Positions 22,757-35,100 of a stretch of 64,000 nucleotides of DNA are shown piece by piece (position 1 is the first letter of the stretch; each line of letters starts with the position of its first letter). The DNA lies in assembly GCA_013239625.1 (NCBI GenBank), contig MU057355.1:14126738-14190737 (forward strand), read 5' to 3'. This stretch comes from Lama guanicoe (lineage: Eukaryota). Position numbers and translations under genes: made by a program. The notes beneath the pieces are model-generated. The model ran no database searches, was not told the DNA's origin, and saw only the letters and a program-made list of their open reading frames with translations.

Positions 22757-22912
22757 AGATACATATTACTATATATAAAATTGATAAACAACAAGGACCT
22801 ACTGTATGGCACAGGGAACTATATTCAGTTTCTTGCAATGAGCTGTAATGGAAAAAAGTCTGAAAAAAAAATGCATGTATGGGTATAACTGAATCACTTC
22901 CCTGTACACCTG
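22757..22912 (+). mobile_element. Artiodactyl-type L1 3' fragment
   Basis: ACAACAAGGACCTACTGTATGGCACAGGGAACTATATTCA. Confidence 0.8.
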
Positions 22913-24354
22913 TGGAAATACAGAATGGAGACCCTACTAGGTCACTGACCAGCAAGGGTTTTTGGTGTGTGAATGAGTTGAACACACACATACACGTATT
23001 TGTATTTGTGTGTGTATAGAGATAGACAGATATTAATTTGGGGTCTCTTTCTATCTCTCCCTCTCCATTCCTTGTGCTCTCTTTTCTCCCTCTCCCCTCT
23101 CTGGTCTCACTCTGTGCCTGTTTTTCATTCCCTGCGTGTCTGCCGGTAGCTGGATCTTCTCTCTGCTGTCTCTCTGTGAGCTCAGTCATAGGCTATCTGC
23201 CCTTCCTCAGTCTGTCTTCCTCCCTTCCTTACTCCTGCCTTTTGGTCTGGCTGTGGTTTTCGCCCCTGCTGCTATGATGTATTTTCTATTGACGGACTGA
23301 GCATTCAGGATGACCAAATACGGTAATGGTTGCAGTCAGGGTTGAGATCATAGTAGCCAGGCAATGCTTTGACCCTGCACGGTGCTCAGGAAACTCAGGA
23401 CTGTCACAAACACTGGGCCACCTCGCATCCAGGCTCCTGAGACCAAGAGGAGCCAGAGAGGCGTAGCCAGACCCGTTTATAAAAGGCATCAGAGGCTCTC
23501 TTTTGGCAGCTGCTGCTTGTTACAGTTCAGTCGATTTTCTATCCCAAAGCAATTTACATTCATGTCTCTGTTATGACCACTTTGCTGTGCCCTTACTGGG
23601 GGCAAGCCATCTTCCTTAGAATCATTTAGATGATTAGAGTAAATCCACTGGCTAAGGAATGCTCAGGTACAACAATGAAACTATTGAAGGATTTTTTTTT
23701 TAAATTCACTCTCCTTTTAGAAGAATGTTCAAAGAAATTGCCACATCACAGTACTGAAATGTCAAGAATTCCTCTCATGTCTTGCCATGGCTAATGCCAG
23801 GAACATTCTAGAACACTGCAATTGCTTGTTCCTTAGGGTGAAGGATAAAGGATAATTTTGTTTGCCTGAGCTTTAACCCACCTGAGAAATAGTTTTCCAA
23901 GGTCCTCCGTAAGAAAAAGGCTGACTGGAAAACGTTCAACCAACCTATGGGGAAAACACTTTTTTATTAAAGAGCTTTGCTTAATCAAGCATTCCTCTAT
24001 GGCATTTTAGGGATTTCATTTTTACTGAATCCTTCCAGAACCAGCAGAAAAACTTCAAAATGGACAGCACTAACTTCAGCTGCAGAAGACAGTTGCACTG
24101 AGGATTAGAAGAGACAGGCTATAGTGCAATATGTCGAGGGTCCAGCTTCGTTTTTCTGTATTTCCCTTTTGTGATTTTTTTGTTTTTTCAAAGAGAAGTC
24201 CAAATCAGAAAGGCAGGGAAGCCTATCCCTTGAATTCATGGCTCATGAAATTGATTAGAAAGGTCTTTTGTGGAAGGGCTATGTAGAGCATGAAATTTAC
24301 CACCGAAGACAAATTCTAAGCTATAATAGGACTTTTCCCTAACCCAACCTGTTT

Positions 24355-24530
24355 ATTAGCATTTATTGAGCACTCACTGTATGCCATGTCCTGGGATAAA
24401 CATTAATTAGCTCATTTAATCTCACAGTAATCTTTTTAATACAGATATGATTAATATTCCCTGTCTTAGAGATAAAGAAACCGAGGCTGATGGGTTAAAG
24501 TAATTTGTTTTCATGGCTAGGGAGGCAGCT
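24355..24530 (-). mobile_element. MIR SINE
   Basis: ATTTATTGAGCACT...CTCATTTAATCTCACA...GAAACCGAGGCT. Confidence 0.7.
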
Positions 24531-25308
24531 GAAGGGTAGAAGAAAGTGGATCAAGTTTGGATTGTGAAGATCTGAGTTCAAGTTCTGTCTACTTAAATTG
24601 GTTATCTTGAGTGATCTTGAGCTACCGGTTTTCTTTTTCTTCTTCCCCATTTTTTCAACTATAAAACTGAGATAATAAATCCTATCATTTGTGATAAAGA
24701 TGAGAATGTCTATGCAAAAAATAATCTTTATAAACCCTAAATTGAAATGATATAGTATGACATTTCTGGGTTGGATTTCAAAGAAGGAGAGGAGCTAGCT
24801 GGCTGGCAAAAAGAGCCCTCAAGAATTTTAAGAAATCACAGTTTTTACACAGTGGGTCCCAGGAAATGACCTAGCGCTTTGACTAACTTCCTGGATTTAG
24901 ATAAATCACACTTTTTTTTAAAACGTTTTTTTGTCTCAGCTATTAAACGGAGTTAGACTAGATGTTATCAAATGCCCCTTTGTCTCCCTAGATATTTTGA
25001 TTTTTGACTGTTGGTTTGCTTCAATTTATGTTTTCATATTTAGGTAGGAATATAAATTAAAATCAAGAATATTATGGCTGGAATTTCAATTTTGAAAAAA
25101 TGTGACATGTGAAGACTCCCAACACTTGGAATTTGTAACTAACATGTATGAAATCACTCAAAGTGACTTTCAGAATATTTTTATCTGTCATCAGATTTGA
25201 ATAGAAGCATCTGAATGCTGAACTTCAGATCTTCAATGTGTTGTAACCGCTCATTGATTTCCAGTTGCAGTTTCAGCTTGTGAAAACTTGCCTGTTACTC
25301 ATGGTTAC

Positions 25309-26280
25309 TGTATTAGTTTTCTTGGCCTGCCATCACAAACAGCGTGGCTTAAACAGTAGAAAGTTATTTTTCTCTAGGAAAAGTCTAGAAGCTAGAATTC
25401 TGAGATCGAGTTATTGGCAGGACTGGTTCCTTCAGCAGGTTTTGCGGGAGAGTCTATTCCAAGCCTCTCACCTAGCCTCTGGTGAGTGACTGGCTGTTAT
25501 GGGTTGAATTATGTGCCCCTCAGATTTGTATGTGGACATCTTAACCCTCAGGATTTCAGAATGTGACCTTATTTAGAGGTAGGGTGTTTATAAAATTAAT
25601 CGAGTTAAAAGGAGGTCTTTAGGGTGGGTCCTAATCCAGTATGACTGGTGTCTTTATAAGAATGGAAAATTTGGACAGAGACACATACAGAGGAAAGAGG
25701 ATGTATAGGCACAGGGAGAAGACAGACATCCATAAACCAAAGAGAGAGCCCCGGAACAGATTCTGCCTCACAGCCCTCGGGAAAGGCCAACCTTGCCAGC
25801 GCCTGATCTCAGACTTCTAGCTCCCGGAACTCTGAACCAGTACACTGCTGTTGCTCAAGACACCCAGTTTGTGGTAGCTGGTTATAGTGCCCCTAGGAAA
25901 CTGACATACTGACAAGCTCTGGGATTCCTGGGCTTGCAGATAAATCACCCTGATTTCTGCCTTCACGTTCACATGGTGTTCTCCCTGTGTGTGCATGTCT
26001 GTCTCCAGATTGCTCCTTTTGATGAAGGATATTTCATGTTGGATTAGGGCCCATCCCCTACTACAATGTTACCTTGTCTTAACTAATTATATCTGCTACA
26101 GCCCTATCTCCAAATAAGGTCACCCACTCTACTCCAGTATGATTTACCCTACTCCAGTAAGACTTCATCTTAACTAAGTACATCTGCTACAACCCTATTT
26201 CCAAGTGAGGTTGTATTCTGCAGTCCTGGGAGTTGACTTTAACATGTGAATTTTGGGGAGATACCATTCAACCCATAACA
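25309..26280 (-). mobile_element. MLT1 (MaLR) solo LTR hosting a nested MLT1, with an internal tandem duplication
   Basis: Ends TGTATTAGTTTTC... and ...ATTCAACCCATAACA; TCTTAACTAA..ATCTGCTACA.CCCTAT.TCCAA occurs twice at about 26075-26205. Confidence 0.8.
25495..25908 (+). mobile_element. MLT1B-like solo LTR inserted in opposite orientation into another MLT1
   Basis: TGTTATGGGTTGAATT...GAATGTGACCTTATTT...CCCTAGGAAACTGACATA; 5-bp TSD CTGGC/CTGAC. Confidence 0.85.
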
Positions 26281-26580
26281 CTTATGCATCGTGGTAGACT
26301 GAAAGATATGACCACAATATTTTACAGCCCCTCACAACAAGAGGTGGAGTCTTTTCTCTCAAACGTTGAGTGTGAGCAGGACCTTGGCAGACTCTGACTA
26401 AGAGAACAGAACAGCGTTGATGCTGTTTGAGGTCTGGAGCCCAGGTCTCAAGAGTCCCTGCAGTTTTTGTCTTCCCCAACTTGGGCTGCTGCCCAGGGAC
26501 CGCCATGAGCAGAAGCTGGTCCCACCTCCACGAGGACAAGAAGCCTTGTGGAGGGAAACCAGTGTGCCCCGGTCAACAGC

Positions 26581-26843
26581 TAGGGGTGGGAAGGAATAAA
26601 TCAGGAGTTTGAGATTTGCAGACACTAACTACTATATATAAAATAGATATACAACAGGTTTCTTCTGTATAGCACAGGGAACTAAATTCACTATCTTGTA
26701 GCAATCTATAATGAAAAAGAGTAAGAAAACAAATATATGTATGTATATATATATATGCCTGAATCACTATGCTGTACACCAGAAATTGGCACAACATGGT
26801 AAATTGACTATACTTCAATTAAAGAAGAAAAAGAAAAAAAAAA
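26581..26843 (+). mobile_element. Artiodactyl-type L1 3' end
   Basis: GGAGTTTGAGATTTGCAGA...TATAGCACAGGGAACT...TATACTTCAATTAAAGAAG plus A tail. Confidence 0.85.
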
Positions 26844-26891
26844 GTCAGCAACTGCCAGGCATATACGTGAGACCATCCTGGACCTTTTAAA

Positions 26892-27202
26892 TAGGAGTTG
26901 ACAAACTGCAGCCCATGGGCCAAGTCCAGCCCAGCAGTTTGGATAGCCTCTGTGCTGAGAATGACTTTAACCAGCCGAATGTTGGAAAATATCAAAAGAA
27001 TATTTTGTGACTCATGAAAATGATGAAATGCACATTTCAGAGTCCACAAATAAAGCTATATTAGAACATAGCTACACTTGACTTGTTTACAAATTGTCCG
27101 TGGTTGCTGTTGTGTTATAATGGCAGACACGAGTATTTGTGAGAGAGACCATTAGACCGTAGAAACCTAAAAAAATTCACTTCTGGCCCTTTAAAGAAAA
27201 AA
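26892..27202 (+). mobile_element. MER58B-like hAT-Charlie element
   Basis: CAAACTGCAGCCCATGGGCCAAGTCCAGCCC...CTGGCCCTTTAAAGAAAAA. Confidence 0.7.
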
Positions 27203-28149
27203 CTAAGCACAGCTGAGTGTCTAACTGAGTAGCCCTGCATAAGTGAGCCCAAAGGATGCCAGCAGAGGTGAGGGCCAGGCTGCCCGCAGAATCAGAACTA
27301 ATCCTTGTTTTAAACCACAAAGTCTGAGGGTGACTTGCTGTGTAGTTAACCAAGATAATTATTTAGCTGACTTCCAGTTAAGTGAACAGTAATTTTTAAT
27401 ATGAAGTCAAAACAGTACATACCTGTTTTTACAAAAAAAAAAAAAAAACCACACACAAAAACCAAAAAACTCACAACATGGAGGATCAGAACCAAACTTC
27501 TCAAACTTTTTTTTCCACGTGCATAGTTGTGATTTTTCAGGTAATGATATTTAACTAACAGTCACGAGGACACATAATGAGAAGACCCAAAACTCTGCAC
27601 GAAACTACGTTCAGTGCCCTCAGTTCATGTTGGAGTTCATCCTAAACTCTGAGTTTCAGCATTTCAGGCTCCTGGACTGGTAGCCTAAGAGTCTGACGAG
27701 AGCGCCTGAAAATAGCTGAAAACAGTTCATCCTTTCCTTTGCGTCCTCATCACTGGCAAGAGAGTTGAACTGTTCCGAGACAAACCTGGAAAGAAATAAC
27801 ATTGCATCAGTTTGTTTTCTGAGTACTGCTGTGGTGAACTGACTTCCTGTGCAAGAGACGCAGCCGTAGCCTAACCACAGAAATGTACAGCTTCTGGCCT
27901 CTAACCATGAAAGCTGGGACTCATGAGATCTGGGAAAACCTGGGTCTGAATTTTCCCACTTAAGTTGGAGCTCCTGCCTTGAGCACAGCAGCTAAGTCCC
28001 CACAATGTATCAGAGGGATCACGGAATTAAGAGGTAAAAGACCCAAGTTCTTCTCATCCTGGGCCACTTGGAATCTTCTCCTCTACAGATGAGGAGCAGA
28101 ATGATGCCTCACTTCTTACCTAGCAATAATAATATCCAGTAACACCTGA

Positions 28150-28555
28150 CAGTATCTTATATTCACATGTTGAATATTAACAATGTACCGGGTAATGTTC
28201 TGGGCATAGAGCAGTAAACAAAACTCAGCCCTTGCTCTCATGGAGCAACTCACAAAGAAGGTCAAATTCTGCAGTGGGAGTGACAATTTTTGATATAAGT
28301 TTTACAGGGATCTTCTGGCCACTCTGGCAAAAATGGATTGCAAGGAGGGTGAGGGTGGAAGCAGACCAGTTAGAAGGCTGTTGCAATAAGACAGGTGAGA
28401 CTTGACTGTGGCTTAATGATAGTAGAAGTGATAACACGTGATCAGAGACTGGATACATTTTGAAAGTAGAACCAACCAAAATTTTGTGCTTGGAAAGTGG
28501 TGGAGGGGGAGAAAAAAAGTCGGGGATGACATCAAGGTATTTCTCTGAGTACTTG
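28150..28555 (-). mobile_element. L2 fragment
   Basis: GGAAGCAGACCAGTTAGAAGGCTGTTGCAATAA...GGATACATTTTGAAAGTAGAACCAAC. Confidence 0.65.
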
Positions 28556-30192
28556 TGGGGGTGGCTCTGCCATGTGGTGCAGGGAGATGGACGACTCCAC
28601 AAGACAGCCTCTTCCAATGAGGCTGCTCAGGCAAGGCTCTCCCCTGGATGGAGGTTCCTTGTCTGTGGGTCAAGTGGTAGACACAATGACCCTTGATGGG
28701 CAGTTATGCAGTTCTGAGCAGCTCCCCCATTTCTCTGGGGAAGCACCTCTGTGTCCTTCACTGGGGTGTTCCCCGGCAGCCCTGCTCTCCCTTCGGTACC
28801 TGATCTCACCTATCCTTTGGAGACTTTGGGCACAAGAGGGCTCTATTTTCTGTGCCTTAGGGAAATGAGAACTTGAGGGTGATGCCTTTGTCTCTCTGCG
28901 TTCCTGCCTGCCCCGGCTCTTTCCCTGGGGCTCACACCTCTAGGGTGGATCTGTAGCTGAAGAGGCTGAGCAGACTTTCATCTATGGATCAAAATGGTGG
29001 TCTACCCACCAGAGCTGACAGACAGTTCTCTTGGGCCTCACTTCCCTAGCTAGAGGGAGGGACTGGTTGGTGACCTTCTCCCTGAGACAAGGGCAGCCTC
29101 TCTTTGAAAATGATGGATTTTCTCAAAGACAGCCTCCATCCAGATTCCAGTCCCCTCCTATATCTCTTCTCCCCCTGGGCCCTAGGTGATGGTGGTGAGT
29201 GGTAGGTGGTAGATGGTGGCAGGTGAGAGGGGGCGGTCCTATAACCAGGGAACTTATTAGCATCTCACTAGTGTTATCTCTACTCCATAAAGCAGTCAAG
29301 TCAGGAGCAAGAAAAAACAAAACAAAACTTAATACTTCACAATATCCCATTATACCCAGGATGGGTTGTTGCCTTGAAGAGACCCCTGTCTGCCCCTAAC
29401 AACATGCATCAGAAATGGGGGCCCTGCCCAAGGCAATTAGGGAAACTCCTACCAACAGAAGAGATGTGGAAATATGCATTTCCCACTGATGTGAGGCCAG
29501 GGGTGAAGATCCTGGCCTAAAATAACTTGCTCTGAGCCAAGCAGCCTAATGGGACATTTAACCTCTCTAAGACTCAGTTTCCTGATCTGTAAAATTAGGC
29601 TTGAATTTGTCTGCATGGTTTTCCCAGCTCAGCTTTTTAAGAGTTAAGATGACAGAATGTGCTGATGTTATAAATAAAAGAAACAAGTAATTTTTTTTAG
29701 CTATCTGGAAATCCCCTTCACAATTTGTGACTAGAGATAGAATTCAGATTCATAACCCAGGGTAATCTTTTCCTATCTCAAATATCCCCAATTTACTCTC
29801 TGGCTTACTGTTACATTCCATGGTGAGTTAAGCCAAACGTATGTTGTCCTGATTAAGTAAAAGCAACAGTCAACTAACTTGAACTTCAGGCTGAGAAATA
29901 AACTCATACAGCTAGAGAGGCAAAGATTTCAAGTAACACTGACAGAATCTATCAAAGGAGTCCAGTGACAAATGGATAAGGAAGGAGCAAGGGCGTCTTT
30001 GTCCAGGATGATTAAAATTATCTTAATACTACAAGATGGGTTTGTTGGAAGGACACATGAGGATCTCGGGGAACCCAAAGGCAGGCAGGGTAGCAGGCCC
30101 CATGGGGCTGAAGACCACTAGGAACTAGGGCAGCCCTTCTCACCAGCTCTCCAGGCACCTGGTCTTTTATCTGGCTTCTCTCTGCATATCTA

Positions 30193-30506
30193 CAGGCGTA
30201 CCTCAGAAGTATCGTGGATTCAGTTCCAAACCGCCCAATAAAGCACATATTGCAATAAAGCGAGTCACATGAATTTTTTCGTTTCCCAGCACATATAAAA
30301 AATATGTTTACACTATACTGGGGCCTATTAAGTATGGAATAGCATTATATCTAAAAAACCAACGTGCATATCTTGATTTTAAAATACTTCATTGATTAAA
30401 AATGCTAGCCATCATCTGACAATGCAGGGTTGCTACAAACCTGTGTTTTGTTTAAAAAAAAAAAACCCACAATAAAGTGAAGCACAATAAAACAGAGATA
30501 TGCCTA
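30193..30506 (-). mobile_element. Tigger1-derived MITE (TcMar) with both TIRs and TA TSD
   Basis: TA|CAGGCGTACCTC ... GAGATATGCCTA|TA; internal GCAATAAAGCGAGTCACATGAATTTTTT. Confidence 0.85.
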
Positions 30507-31545
30507 TACTTCCCTTTTACAGAGGGGAGATGTGGGCAGGGTTGACAGACTGATGAAAAAGTGTATAACGAAGTGCAAATATCTCGGGGGGCCTTTTCCC
30601 CTAATAAAATTATCTTGAGTTTTGGTTACTTGCACTTCTGGCTTGAGTGGCCTTTGCTGCTGGGGAGTGCCTGAGAAGCTTAAATGGTGGGTCACTTAGG
30701 ATCACCAGTAAGGAAAAAAAAAAAAAGATAAAGCCCTGGATAACAAGAAAGGGATAGCTGATTGAAAACTGTCACCTCCCTGAAAGACGGGAACAAGATG
30801 GGAAGCTCCCATATCCCTCATTCATGATTCTGGAGACAGTTGGTTGACCTGTTGACTTAGAGATATCATTAGAAAGGGTGGGCTGGAAATAATGACAGTG
30901 TCAGAACCTGTTAACCACATGGAGATCTGAGAAAGAGTGCGCCTTCAGGAAGAAAAAGTGAACCTTGGCCTGTTACTCAGACATCTTTGGCTCTTTCTTT
31001 CTTTCTTTTTGGAAATAATTTCCAGACCTCAAAATAATTTGAGCCAAAAGTTAGAGCCCAGATCCTAGTCCCGGCTTTGACACTAATTTTTCAGAAATCT
31101 TTTTCCTGGAGACTGGAGTTTGATGAATGGCAAGGAGTTCCTTCCCTGCTGCCTTTGGTAGCCAAATGCTTTGATGTGTTAGAGAAGACATTTTAGTTCT
31201 GGTTCCATCACTTACCAGCTATGTGCCCTTGGGGAAATACTTAACCTTAGTTTTTCTCATAACGATTTGAATGGTTAGCTTTCTTCTGCTGTGTCATTTG
31301 TGTTACATTCAACTCCTTAAAGACAGTGTTTCTCACCTGCAGTACTTGGCCCTATCTCCTTTACCACTGTCAGCACAGTGCTAAGCTTGGAGCCCACGTT
31401 CGATAAATGTTTATCATTTTCCTGATTTTGGCAAAAAGATTAATAATCACTATTTATTTATTTAAATTTCACTATGGGCAAGACATCAAATCTGGTTGCT
31501 TTTTCTGTTTTTAGTAGAGATCTTAACTCTTAGAAGTCTTCCTTC

Positions 31546-31665
31546 TTTTTTGGGGGGGTGGATTTGATTGATTGATTGATTGATTTAAATGGAGATACTG
31601 GAGATTGAACTCAGGACTTCATGCATGCTAAGCACACGCTCTATCCCTGGGCCATATCCTCCCCC
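31546..31665 (-). mobile_element. Camelid tRNA-derived SINE (Vic-1-like)
   Basis: Reverse complement aligns to the 17088-17202 element; (TTGA)n tail. Confidence 0.85.
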
Positions 31666-32968
31666 ATCCCCCCTCAACCCCCTCCACCCCCAACCTCTGT
31701 CATTTTGGTTGCTTTGATGGTGGGGGTGAGGGGAGAGGGAGTAGGACAAACAAGGAACAAACTTTGCCTTTAGGAAACTTCAATTCAGCGTAGGGACCAC
31801 CTAGGGAGACAAGATGGTAATTCACCTGGAAGGTCTCTCCTCTTCTCTCCCACAATGTGTGATTCTAGAGAACTGTTTGGGAGTAGAAAGTGTTGGGACC
31901 AGAGTTGTCAAGACAGACAAACCTGGCTTGCCGTTGACTCACAGAGGCACAGAGAGGGAGCTGTTGCTGCTCATTAGCTGCCCCGTTTTCCTAAAACAAA
32001 TACATATTGGACATCAAAGGAAGTATGCAGTCCTTTTCTGTCAGGTTCAGTTAATTGCCTCAGAGATCTGGAGCCACACAAGCGCAGGGGCAGAGCAGAG
32101 GCAAAGAGGAGAGTTATTTGTGCGTCATCCTTCTGATTTTGCCTCCTCTCCTAATTTCCTTGCTCCACAGAAAGGAGCAAGTCTTCACCGCCTGCAGGCA
32201 CCCAGAGCCTCTCCTGCGCACACACACTCCCCCAGCCCCGCCCGCTTCCCCAGCTTCTTCTCCTCCAGCCTGTTCTCTTTGATCTTCCAGGGCGGAAGGT
32301 GGAGGTTGGAGGAGCAGGAGTTCTGGTCCCATGAATGAGGGGTGGGGCACGCAAGGGAAAGAGAAAGCAGTGAGAGGAGGGAGGGAGGAAGTTTCCATTT
32401 CAGGTTTCCATTAGTTTCCTCCTCAATGATGTAAAATCTGAACTCATACTATTTGCCAGCCAGCAGACTAGCTTTCCTCTGCTAATACCCACTCCAGTGT
32501 CGCCTAGGTGAGGCATTCCTGTTCTTCCTCCGAACAGAACTTTGGCCCTGTTTCTAGTGAAATAACAGTGCTGGCCTTATCGAGCTGAGCTTGTCCCCTC
32601 CACATTTTTTTCAGATAATTGAGAAGCTCCCTGGCATTAACTGACAATGATGGATGCCTGTTCTCCCTAATTTCCACCCCTTCCCCTTCCCGGGTGGAAG
32701 AATAGGAGGCAGGAGTCAATTCACCCAGGATCCTTCCATAGGAGTCCAAGGATGTGTTGATCACCTGAGAAATTGTACTGCCTTCTCCATGATTTCTAGA
32801 GAAGGTGCTTGAGTTACACTTTCCTGTGTACTCAGAGTACAGTACACAACCCAGTGTAAGTGATTCATCTCTATGACTCCCCACCTGAGGCTGTGGGCCT
32901 CTGATGGTAAATGCTGCCCTCCCACCACCCCTCACAGACATTTTGTGAAGGAAAAGAGAAATCTTTTG

Positions 32969-34019
32969 TTTCTGTTTTTACAGTTTTTTTTTTTGAAGTA
33001 TAGTCAGTTTCTGACTATAGTATCAATTTCTGGTGTAAAACATACTGTTCCAGTCATACATATACATATATTCCTTTTCATATTCTTTTTCTTTATAGGC
33101 TATTACAAGGTATTGAATATAGTTCCCTGTGCTACACAGTATAAACTTGTTGTTTGTCTATTTTATATACAGTAATTAATTAGTATCTGCAAAACTTGAA
33201 CTCCCGATTTATCCCTTCCCATCCCATTTCCCCCGGTAACTAAAAGTTTATTTTCTGTGTCTGTGAGCCTGTTTCTGTTTTGTAAATAAATTCACTTGTG
33301 TCGTATTTTTTTGGATTCCACATATAAGTGATATCATATGGTATTTTTCTTTCTCTTCCTGGCTTACTTCNNNNNNNNNNNNNNNNNNNNNNNNNNNNNN
33401 NNNNNNNNNNNNNNNNNNNNNNNNNNNNNNNNNNNNNNNNNNNNNNNNNNNNNNNNNNNNNNNNNNNNNNNNNNNNNNNNNNNNNNNNNNNNNNNNNNNN
33501 NNNNNNNNNNNNNNNNNNNNNNNNNNNNNNNNNNNNNNNNNTATGAACATTGAAGTGTAAGTATCTTTCAGTTATAGTTTTATGTGGATATATGCCTAGG
33601 AGTGGGATTCCTGGATCGTATAATAAGTCCATTTTTAGTTTTTTAAGGAATCTCCATACTATCTTCCATAGTGGCTACACCAAATTGTATTCTCACCAGT
33701 AGTGTGTGTGTGTGTGTGGGGGGTTCCTTTTCTCCACACCCTCTCCAGCATTTATCGTTTGTGGACTTTTGAATGATGATAATTTTGACTGGTGTGATAT
33801 CTCATTGAAGTTTTGATTTGCATTTCTCTGATAATTAGCAATATTGATCATTTTTCATGTCCCTATTGGCCTTTTGTAGGTCTTCATTGGAGAAATGCTT
33901 GTTTAGATCTTCTCTCCTTTTTTGGATTGAGTTTTTTGGGTTTTTTTGTTATTAAGTTATATGAGTGGTACATATATATTCTGGAAATTATGTCCTTGCC
34001 AGTCGCATCATTTGCAAAT
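32969..34019 (-). mobile_element. 5'-truncated lineage-specific L1 (ORF2 C-terminus plus 3'UTR) with 18-bp TSD; contains N gap 33371-33541
   Basis: Peptide [15 protein letters not shown] (L1 ORF2 C-terminus); TSD GAAAAGAG(A/G)AATCTTTTG at 32951-32968 and 34020-34037. Confidence 0.92.
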
Positions 34020-34599
34020 GAAAAGAGGAATCTTTTGCCTCCCTTATAAATGTTAAGTAGGTTCAGCATCTGCCCTTCTCTCACCCCAAGCGCTATGAGT
34101 CACAATAAAAAGTCAGCCCATAACGGAGGAGATGTGATGTATACAAAGACAGGCAAAAGACAGATCAGCTTCTGGGCTGGAAGCTGGAAGGCCAGACAAT
34201 TCTGGCTCCATTAACTTGTCTAAAACTGCGTGAAGTGAATGGTATTGCCATAACCCAGAAGGTTCAGGATTGTTGGACAGTCATAGTTCTAGTGAAGGAG
34301 AGACCAGGAAGAAAGAACTTGCAATGTGTCTCCAGTGCTGACCCACAGGTGTGACCTGTCTGTTCCTGGTTGTGCAGACAGATGATTCATTCTCCGAGCC
34401 TGGAGTCAGAAAATATTTGAATCATATATGCAGTTCCCCCTGTTCTGATTTCATGTTCACTAAGTAACTGACAAATTATGATTTGATTTCCCATATATTT
34501 ATTAATATTCCACTGTTTTCTAAAAAATATGAGGGAGCTTATGAATAAGAGTGCACAGGCTTCCATTTAAAAAATAAAATTTGATATAAATTAAATGGA

Positions 34600-35100
34600 T
34601 ACTGTGGGGTTTTGGTTTTGCCTGCCTCATATCCATTTCATTCTTATTCTTCCTTGTTTTCTTTGGAAGAAGTACCTCTCAGGTGGAACTGGTACCGTCC
34701 CATCCCAAATCCCTACACCTGGCCAATCTGAGCATCCCATCTGTCTGGTTGGTCTCAGTAGCTTGTTCAATTCCCCCATGGAAACTCAATGCCGGGAACT
34801 TTGTTGGAATTATGGGAAAGAGAATCTCTTCTTCCACTGACACTGCTGTCTGTAGGATGATATGAGTCTGGTGCTGCCAGAAGCCACCATGTGGGGCGGC
34901 AGAAGCCTGAGAATGGAGGCCACATAGAAAAGAACACAGCCAAGAGATGGAGGGAAACAGACTGCATGCTGATGGGAATGTTTTAATTCTTGGGTCTAGC
35001 CATGGCTGAAGCTAGACCAAGTCATGGGTTTTCTTAGTAGACCTAGTATACTCCCTTTTTTTCTTAATTGAGTTGAGTTTCTAGTCACTCTCATCTGAGG
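34600..35100. mobile_element. Old MLT1 (J/K-like) LTR
   Basis: GCCACCATGTGGGG...AGCCTGAGAATGGAGGCCACATAG...TGAGTTTCTAGTCACT. Confidence 0.5.

Larger units (their letters stand above)
26290..27360 (+). mobile_element. MLT1H-like LTR interrupted by an L1 tail and a MER58
   Basis: Start GTGGTAGACTGAAAGAT...AAGAGGTGGAGTC; end TTGTTTTAAACCACAAAGT. Confidence 0.6.

Noticed and set aside
31814-32338. 174-aa ORF
   Set aside because: No homology recognised, low-complexity composition, no supported exon structure; only the regulatory motifs were kept
33240-33632. ORFs containing X runs, here and at 51.5, 54, 59.5 and 60.5 kb
   Set aside because: Artefacts of translating through N gaps; the only real peptide is an L1 ORF2 remnant
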